A DNA stretch of 64,000 bases from Octopus vulgaris (Eukaryota), in assembly GCA_951406725.2 (NCBI GenBank), contig OX597819.1:36022001-36086000 (forward strand), given 5' to 3'. The notes under the pieces are model-generated. The model did not search any database and was not told the origin of the DNA. It worked only from the letters and a program-made list of their open reading frames with translations. Both the position numbers and the translations under genes were made by a program. Below are positions 55,776-64,000 of this stretch, piece after piece (the stretch's first letter is position 1; every line of letters begins with the position of its first letter).

Positions 55776-57562
55776 ATAGAAATTGCTATATCATTATTCC
55801 TTAATTGTGTGTTGCTAAACAACTGTGGACTTATGTTTTGTTTAGAATTATAGATGTCTAACATACACTCATTTTGTGAGATAGCATAATTGATTGACAC
55901 TTATACACAACTAGTACTTAACCTGATTCCAAGAGGATGAAAGGTAAGGTTATTCCCTGCGGGGTATTAGCTTAGGCTTTAATGGAATATATATTTTATA
56001 TATTACATAGTTTTTCTATTTGGACCTTTTTTTTTTATTCTTTAATTGGTTCCAATCTTTGGTCTGGCCATTTTGGAACACTGTCCTAAAAGGTTAAGTT
56101 GATCAAATCAACCTAATTGTGTTAGCCCCCCTTTTTTTTTTTTTTGTCAAACCACTCTGATACAGCCAACCTTGATTGTCAAATGCTGAAACAAACACTC
56201 GCATATACATGCACACATATGTATCACATTCATTCTCAAGGCATAGATCAACCTAGGACTATATCAGATGCTTTCCCAATCTGCCACACACTGGGGCTAA
56301 ACCTAAAACTACATGTTTACTATGGTGAACTTCTTAATCAGTCAGTCATGCCTTCTTGCAGATTCTCTCAGTTCATTGCCCTTGATAGATAATATTTAAA
56401 AGATAATATTCCAATCAAATGTGTTTTAATAAGTGCTTTTCTGATTTACCATTTTGTTTCAGTGTATAACGGCCACCAATGTGCTTCATCATCTTAAACT
56501 CTTTCCCCTATATTTTTATGACAATGCAGTTTCACTAGGCAAGCTTTGATCACTATTCCATTTATATTAACAGCTGTATTACTCTTTATTGATTTGTTTT
56601 GAAGTCTGTTGGGAAATTGTCTTTCGATATTGTGTATGTGTATGTTATTGTTTATGATCTGTTTAAATGTGTACTCACACATAGATAAGATAACTTGCCA
56701 TACATGTGCTGGACTTTAGACACTATGGAAACAAGAAATAACAGCTAAGGATCATGTGATAATTTGGGTTTTATTAGCAGCACATTATTTACAAGTACCA
56801 CCTATACAACCTTAGTAATTAACTGAAAGTTGCAATAATTAATCTTTATAGTTAATTGCTTTAACATAATAGGCCATTTTGGTTTTCCTCTCTGTTGAGT
56901 CTTGAAGTGTGTAACTTCAATATTACCATAAAAGGAATGACAGTAGGTATTTTGTCATGAAATATATTGTATACATAGTCTAATTTTGATTTTTGTTGTT
57001 TTAGCTTTTGAAAACAACTCAGTCGATTTTGCTTTAGTTCTCACAGAATTGATTGCAATTTCAGGAACTCACAGGCTAAGTATGATTCTAGCTTTCCTGC
57101 TGGAAAGCAAGTGTTGTTTGTAAAACTGATTGTTTATATGTAGTAGTAGCTTCAGCATTGCTTTATATTCTACTTAAGTTTAAGTTGAGTAACCTTGTTC
57201 GGTGTATGCATGTATACTATTGCATATTTTTATTTGGGTCATAATTACTAATTACATTAACATCTTTTAATGCTAAAGTGATGGAGTTTTCCCATCAAGG
57301 TGGGATGTAGAAGGTTTGCAGGCCAGTCCCTCTGCAGAGCTTACAACATGTAGGGTTTCACAGAAGCCAGTAGAAAGAATGCTATCTAGTTGGCCATGGA
57401 GGCACTGGTGGTTGCCTCAAGATGGCTGTAGATCAGGAGGGGTGAAAAAGCAGTGCTATCAAGTCTTGTGTTAATTCTGATGTAAATCTTGAAACATTTA
57501 ATGACCTCGGGAAATATCACAGGTAATGTGTCCTGGTGCAGCACAGGATCGTGTATAGAAAA

Positions 57563-57711
57563 GCTGGCTGTGTGGTAAGAAGCTTGCTTCCCAAACACAT
57601 GGATCCAGGTTCAGTCCCATTGTGTGGCATCTTGGGCAAGTGTCTTCTACTATAGCCTCGGGCTCACCAAAACCTTGTGAGTAGATTTGCTAGATGGAAG
57701 CTGAAAGAAGC

Positions 57712-57756
<45 letters not shown>

Positions 57757-57912
57757 ATGTATGTATTTGTGTGTCAGTGTTTGTCCTCCCACCATTGCTT
57801 GACAATCAATGTTGGTGTCTTTACGTTCCTGTAACTTAGCAGTTCAGCATTAGATACTGATAGAATAAGTACTAGGCTTACAAAGAATATGTCCAGGGGC
57901 TCGAATTTTTCG
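57563..57912 (+). mobile_element. SINE family A
   Basis: Head and body match 11302. Confidence 0.85.
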
Positions 57913-57913
57913 A

Positions 57914-59560
57914 CTAAAGGCAACTTGAGGATGCTAACAGCGGTGGAGGAGAAAGGCTGAACTGAATAGCTGAATCGTATTCACTGATTTTTGCCCTTTT
58001 TGCTACACTTTCCTCACTTTCATTTGCAGGAGTTTTCGATAAGAACTTGTCCAATGAGGTCTGTTTCATCCTCCCTTTCAGAATGTTTCTGAAATGAGTT
58101 TGGCGAATGTCATTAGATAGCACTGTCGCTTGCCCAGTTGCAACTTTTTCTGGGTGTTTCTTTTGACTAAAGTCTGAAAGTTTCTCCCTCATTCCCAACA
58201 TTTCTTTTATTGCACTTGTAGAGATAACCTCCTTTGCATCACCTATTTCCTGCAAAACCATGTACTGCTGCTTCTGTAGCTCCATTAGCTCCTCTGTTGT
58301 CAGTTTCTCGCAGTCCACCTCCATGAGCTTGTTGATGTCACCTTCATCCATGTCCAGGCCCATGGACTTACCAAGGGATACAATCTCCTCTGCCATGGCT
58401 GCTTCGGGTTTGAGTCTTTCAAAGTCCATTTCAGACACAACCTCAGACCACAGCTTCTTCCATGCTGAGGCCAGGCCATATCGATAATTCTAAGGCATAT
58501 CATGATGTTATAGTGATCCTTCCAAAATTCTTGAAGGGTGAGGTTTTTGCTCTCTGTCACCTCAAAGTAGCTGCAGAACAGGTGCTTGGTGAAGAGCTTC
58601 TTGAAATTAGAAATCACCTGCTGGTTCATGGGTTGTAGGACAGGGGGTGGTGTTGGTTGGAAGTTAGAGAACCTTTATAAACTTGAACTCTTCAAGGATG
58701 TCATCTTCGAGGTTAGGTGGGTGAGCAGGTGCATTGTCCAGGAAGAGATGGGCTTGCAAGGGTAGGTTATTTCTCTGGAAATATTTCTTAACATCAGGAC
58801 CAAAGACCAAATTCACCCACTCCTCAAAGAACTGCCTGGTGATCCATGCCCTTAGGTTTGCCCTCCACATAAACTGCAGTTTTTCTTTCAGAATCTCTGG
58901 GGTTTTCTGAATGATAAATGAGCTGTGGCTCAATCTTGCAGTTGCTGCTTGCATTGGCGCACAGTGTAAAGGTTAGCCTATCCTTTATGGGTTTGTGGCC
59001 TGGCATTCTCTTCTCCCCTGCCGTTATATAAGTCCTTGGTATTTTCCAAAATATCCTGTCTTGTCACAGTTGAAGACTTGCTGGGGATGTATCCTTTGGC
59101 TGCTATAATTCTGGCAAAAGTTTTGAGGTAATCCTTCATATCCGTACTTGCTGCCTCACCATGCCTGTTAAGCGAGTGAAAGCCGGTCCTCTTTTTAAAA
59201 TTCTCGAACCAGCTCCGACTGGCTTCAAACAGCTTGCCCAATGCCTCATCCGTACAAGTGACTGGGGTCTACTGCAGCAAATCAGCGTTAATAGCTCGTG
59301 CCTTCTTGTAGATTATAACCTCTGTCACGGTATCTCCAATGAGCTGCTTCTTTGTCAACCACATCATGAGGCAGCTTCTCCATATTTTCATGGATAGATG
59401 TCTGCTGTTTAGAAATTGTTTTAATGCCCTTGGCTAGCATTATAGCCTTTATCAACTCCTGTTTCAGTATACTGCAGTTTGTAGAACTGCTATGCTCACA
59501 CTGATTCATCAAGTCAACTACACACACACTTTGGTCATGCTTTTCAATAATTTCTGCGAT
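57914..59560 (-). mobile_element. Tigger/pogo transposase remnant
   Basis: FEASRSWFENFKKR..HGEAAS, GHKPIKDRLT, LFLDNAPAHP and MNQQVISNFK motifs in broken frames. Confidence 0.9.
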
Positions 59561-60213
59561 AAAAAGGTTAATTTTTTCTAAATATATCAGTTACAGTTTA
59601 AAAACCCTGTGAGGTATTACTCTGTATACCTTCAAATATCTATGCTATCTCAGATGCATGCATATGTCTTAATTTTGTGTTTATGCATTTCATACATATA
59701 TATTCAATACAATACCCACTTGTATATAATGTGTGCCATTATTTCATGGACATTTGAAAAATTTATCTTGTGTATATTATATCTCATTATGTCTTGTAAT
59801 AATTGTTTAGCTGTTTTGATCATTTTAAACTCTTGTTGGCAGATATACAATACATCTACATTCATAAATTTCTCTTATGAAAACTTTCAGATAAGTTTTT
59901 TGCTTTTCATAGCAAGTAAACTTTGAACTTAACCACTGTTAATAGTAAAAGTACACCTGTTGTATAAAATCAACATGTCCATTGTTTTTATTCGTATTGT
60001 GAAATTAATTTCATTTTGATAATGAGACTATACATACCTAGTTTTACTAGATGTTGTCACGAGTGGGCAAAATGAAGTCAAATATGGACAAACTGTGGCT
60101 TATGGGACTTTGTGAATAGCATGCCTAATAAATTACTCTCATCTAGATGCCTGATGATGAGCCAAGTCTCATGTGGCCTGTTTCTTGGAAAATATTGTCT
60201 ATGTCTGGTTTAA

Positions 60214-60433
60214 CCCTTTCGTTACCAACCCGGCTGAAATGGCTCGAGCTCTGTAGTACAAATGTCTTGTTTTCATAAGTTTTGAATTAAAATCTTCCAC
60301 CAAACCTTAGTCATAATTTATGTTCCTAACACTAGCTGAATGATAACTAAGTTATTTTACTAAATTCTTTGTTATAGTTAAAGTAATTGAAAGAAACACA
60401 GAGCATCTCAAAATAAATACTGTAATGAAAGGG
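60214..60433. mobile_element. piggyBac-type MITE
   Basis: TTAA|CCCTTTCGTTAC ... GTAATGAAAGGG|TTAA. Confidence 0.85.
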
Positions 60434-60721
60434 TTAAGCTGTTCAAATAAGTCTTTTTAAAACTCCTCCCTAGTCTTGCATTATACATGCTTTTTTTAAA
60501 AAGCAATCTTTGGATTTTTAGGTTTTGTACATCAAGTATTTAGGATATGTAGCAATTTTTTAAGATTAAAAGTAAATAAAAAGCAGATTTAAGTAGTATA
60601 CATTTGTTATTTAAGATATTAAAATCATTTTAATAAGATAGAAGCAATTTTATATAATTTATAGATAGTAATATGGGTTTAATTTCATATATATTGCATT
60701 ATAAATATATATATATATATA

Positions 60722-60890
60722 GTGGTGCAGGAGTGGTTGTGTGCTAAGTAGCTTGCTTACCAACCACATAGTTCCAGGTTCAGTCCCACTGTGTGGCTCT
60801 TTGGGCAAGTGTCTTCTATTATAACCTTGGGCCAACCAAAGCCTTGTGAGTGGATTTGGCAGACAGAAGCTGAAAGAAGCTTGTTGTTGT
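60722..60890 (+). mobile_element. SINE family A, 5' half
   Basis: Head matches the family. Confidence 0.8.
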
Positions 60891-61011
60891 GTATAATATA
60901 TATATATACATATGTATCTCATATTTTGAGATCTATTTTTCCTGTTTGCATCAACATACCTATATACATGTAAGTATGTGTGTATGTATGTATGTATATA
61001 TATATATATAA

Positions 61012-61138
61012 ATGGCATTAGGAAGGGCATCCAGCCATAGAAACCATGCCAAAGCAGACAATTGGTGTCTGGCCAGCTCCTGTTAAACTGTCCAACCCAT
61101 TCCAGAATGGAAAACGGATGTTTCATGATGATAATGAT
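61012..61138 (+). mobile_element. RTE-tail fragment
   Basis: GGCATTAGGAAGGGCATCCAGC...CCAACCCAT...(GAT)n. Confidence 0.7.
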
Positions 61139-61594
61139 ATATATATATTAAATAATACATTGATTGGGTGTTTATGGCTGGAATGCCTTTGTGTTATTGA
61201 AGCACAGAATTTTGAAAGGTATATATGTATGTTGTGTAGCTATGTATGAATAGAACCAAAGAACATTTCGTCATTTTATTATGCCCCACTTCAGTTTTAT
61301 ATTTCAAAGTGTTATCAAAATAGTGAACAATTTATGGGCAATATGAACACATGAGCACAGTTACGAAGTACAATAACAAGCATATTATGTTTTATCACTA
61401 TCAGAAAAATGTAACAATATAGATATGTAAATTCATTACATATTAATTAGCTTGGGCAATAAATATAAAACTTACACCACACAAAATTAAGACATGCATT
61501 TAAACTGGAAAAAACAAATAAACATTTTAGTTCTTATGTATAATATGCACCTATAATTTTAAGGTTTAAAAAGAAAAAGAGCATATTATACTGA

Positions 61595-61790
61595 ATAAAA
61601 ATGGTTTCAAATTTAGGCACTAGGCAAGCAGTTTTAGAAGAATAGTCATTTACTTTGAACCAGTACTTGACTGGTACTTTACCAATGAAAGGGCAAGTTG
61701 ACCTCAAGATTTGAACACAATGTAGAGAGCTAGAAGAAATGCCACCAAGCTTTTTGCCCAATGTGCTAATGATTCTGCCAGCTTGCTGCC
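61595..61790 (-). mobile_element. SINE family B, old
   Basis: GCTAATGATTCTGCCAGCTTGC reverse-complement head. Confidence 0.6.
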
Positions 61791-63819
61791 TTTATACATG
61801 AAAATGGTAGTTTAGTTGTATTTTTGTGAGTCATTTTAGCATAAAAGGATATATATCACTAATTAATGGATGGAATGTATTCATTAGACATACATATGTA
61901 TTTAAAAAAAAAAAGAAAAAAAACCAAACAAATAGTGAAAAAGAAGGAAAATGCAAAATTAAAGATGTAATCTGAGGATTCTGCATTCAGAGCACTATCA
62001 GAGCAGCATCTAATATTTTAAAATAACTTCAACAACTAATTATTTACTGTCAGCTGCTGTGAAAGATGCTTATATGCTATTCTCCATTTTAACATTATGG
62101 GCTATCACTCTTGTTATTAAGCAGATGAGTCTCCATCAGATTCAATGATGGTGAAGACTCAGTTGTTCATTCAGTTGTATTACCTGTTCATTGATATAGC
62201 ATCTGCATGACTGAGCATTGCAGACACGTATACCCTTAATGTAATTCTAAGGACCAGTGTGAGGCATTGTATGGGAAGACTACACTTTAGAATTATGGTT
62301 TCAGTCTATCTGACTGTCTATCCGACTTGTCTATCCATCTCTCATATTACATGAAGGTGAATAACTAAATGGATGCAGTATTGCACTTCCAGGTTTCAAA
62401 TTTTGGATTGGTTGAAATTTACCGCTGGAATTCTTTTCCTTGTTTGAACATTTTTACATTTATCAGCTTATTCTACTGCTGAGATTAAGCAGTGAAAGAA
62501 TATACTTTCTGGTCCTAGTTACAGTATAAGTACATCATCTCTCTGCATATTATAAAACATGTAAAAAGATAGAATATTTATCGATGTATCCCACTTGCCC
62601 ATCATCTTAACTTTTATCACAATCAAATTTACTTTTCCAACCACGATTCCACTTAACCATCATTTTCACTTTCATCATAATCAAAATGACTTTTTCCAAC
62701 AGTTATATGCACAATACTGTAACTATATTGTAACCTATCTACTTAATATTATCGCTCTTCACTTTAAAATCCTTTGTTGATAAAAATGGATGCCGCCCCC
62801 ATCCCCACTCAATAGGCATCTCTGTAACATCCTCTTCTGACAACATTGTAACTTATCTACTCAAGGCCTTGCTTCAAAGCATCCACTCCTGATGACATTG
62901 TAATCTACGTACTCAACAATCCCTATCCTTATAACTTTTTTGACATCATAATGACATACTTCCATACCACACCAAATATAGTGATACCAAACATACTAAA
63001 GCTAGAATCCTGGTTCCACAATAATGTGAACTGTTGTAGGAAACGTCTTTTCATATCCTAGCATAACACTATCACCTTCCCTACTCGCAAATAAGACACA
63101 CCAACAAGGTAGTTTCATGTTGTTGCTCAACTTGCTAGAAACAGCTGTCAAATTCCCTTATACACCTGCTTCATCCTAGTTTTTCAATATTAATTGGAAA
63201 ACTAGGATGACGACTGGACTGCCTTTGATCACCAAGCTGTCTATGCAATCCATGCAGATTTGAAGTTAAACAACAATACAGAAAACCAACATTATAACTA
63301 CAGCAGTAAATATCATTGTCTTGTGTATAAAACTAAAATGATATAATATCTGTAAATGAATAAGTACCTTATGAATATTTTATAACCAAATAAAGGAAAC
63401 TTAGCACTAATTAGAGATAATAAAACACTAGGTTGATCATGGATTGTAATAGTTTTTTTTATTCTTGGCTCTGAATCTGTATGTCACAAATCACGACAAC
63501 TTAAAACTTCTGAAACAATACTGTTTATATCGTAACTAAATCTTTTAGTCACATTTACTGAAGAATCATACTAAAATCTGAAAAAATATGAAGTAGTGTG
63601 CAGATTACATAAAATTCATGACTAATATGGTCTCTGCAACTACATACATGCATGCATACACAACACAACTTGTAAAAATCTAAACCTGGGTGATCCTTCA
63701 ACCTACTAGAATTAACAGCCAAATATCTCAAATTATTTCTACATTATTAAAAAACAAAGAACACCCTGGGTAATGTAGTCTTAGTTGGAGATAAAATAGA
63801 CAGGATGTTTGTGGTCTTT

Positions 63820-64000
63820 AATCCTTTAGTATTCAAACCAACCATATCAAGCCCAAATATTCTGCCTGTTTTATATTCAAACTGGACAGATCGAACCTCT
63901 CATACCTACTCTACAATGTCATTCTCAAAATAAACAAACGCATCATTGAAACCTCAAAGCTACAAAATAGTGTATGATAAATTCAAAATAATGTAAATGA
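63820..64000. mobile_element. piggyBac-type MITE (family of 28201), cut by the window end
   Basis: Reverse-complement similarity to 28260-28411. Confidence 0.6.

Noticed and set aside
60145-60200. CTGATGA...GAAA near-motif
   Set aside because: Stems I and III do not form convincingly. Isolated CTGATGA hits at ~6621, ~36520, ~43645(-) and ~62889 likewise lack a paired stem II or GAAA.
43922-64000. UGCG exon 2 or other coding exons
   Set aside because: No segment encoding the expected LH..PGVS.LKP motif or another convincing exon was seen; short exons could have been missed by eye.

Overview
AT-rich, microsatellite-dense eukaryotic DNA, most consistent with a coleoid cephalopod (Octopus-like). 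That assignment is inferred from the SINE/LINE repertoire and repeat style and was not verified by a search. Most of the window is transposon debris: tRNA-headed SINEs of at least 3 families, RTE-type LINE fragments and short RTE-tail elements, a near-intact 5'-truncated R4/Dong-type LINE in a (TAA)n tract, a decayed Penelope-like element (RT + GIY-YIG), mariner and Tigger/pogo remnants, and several MITEs. One host gene is recognisable: a promoter-like region and first coding exon (43824-43921, +) of a probable ceramide glucosyltransferase (UGCG), followed by an intron with no exon 2 seen before the window ends. The main hidden signal is a set of about 9 type I hammerhead-ribozyme motifs (plus a few partial or degenerate ones) from several unrelated short non-coding repeat families. 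They sit in direct tandem or fold-back inverted repeats, often next to (TA)n tracts. They include a retrozyme-like tandem predicted to release a 557-nt RNA and a family with a G3-C8 swapped catalytic core. Most long ORFs in the supplied track are microsatellite artefacts.
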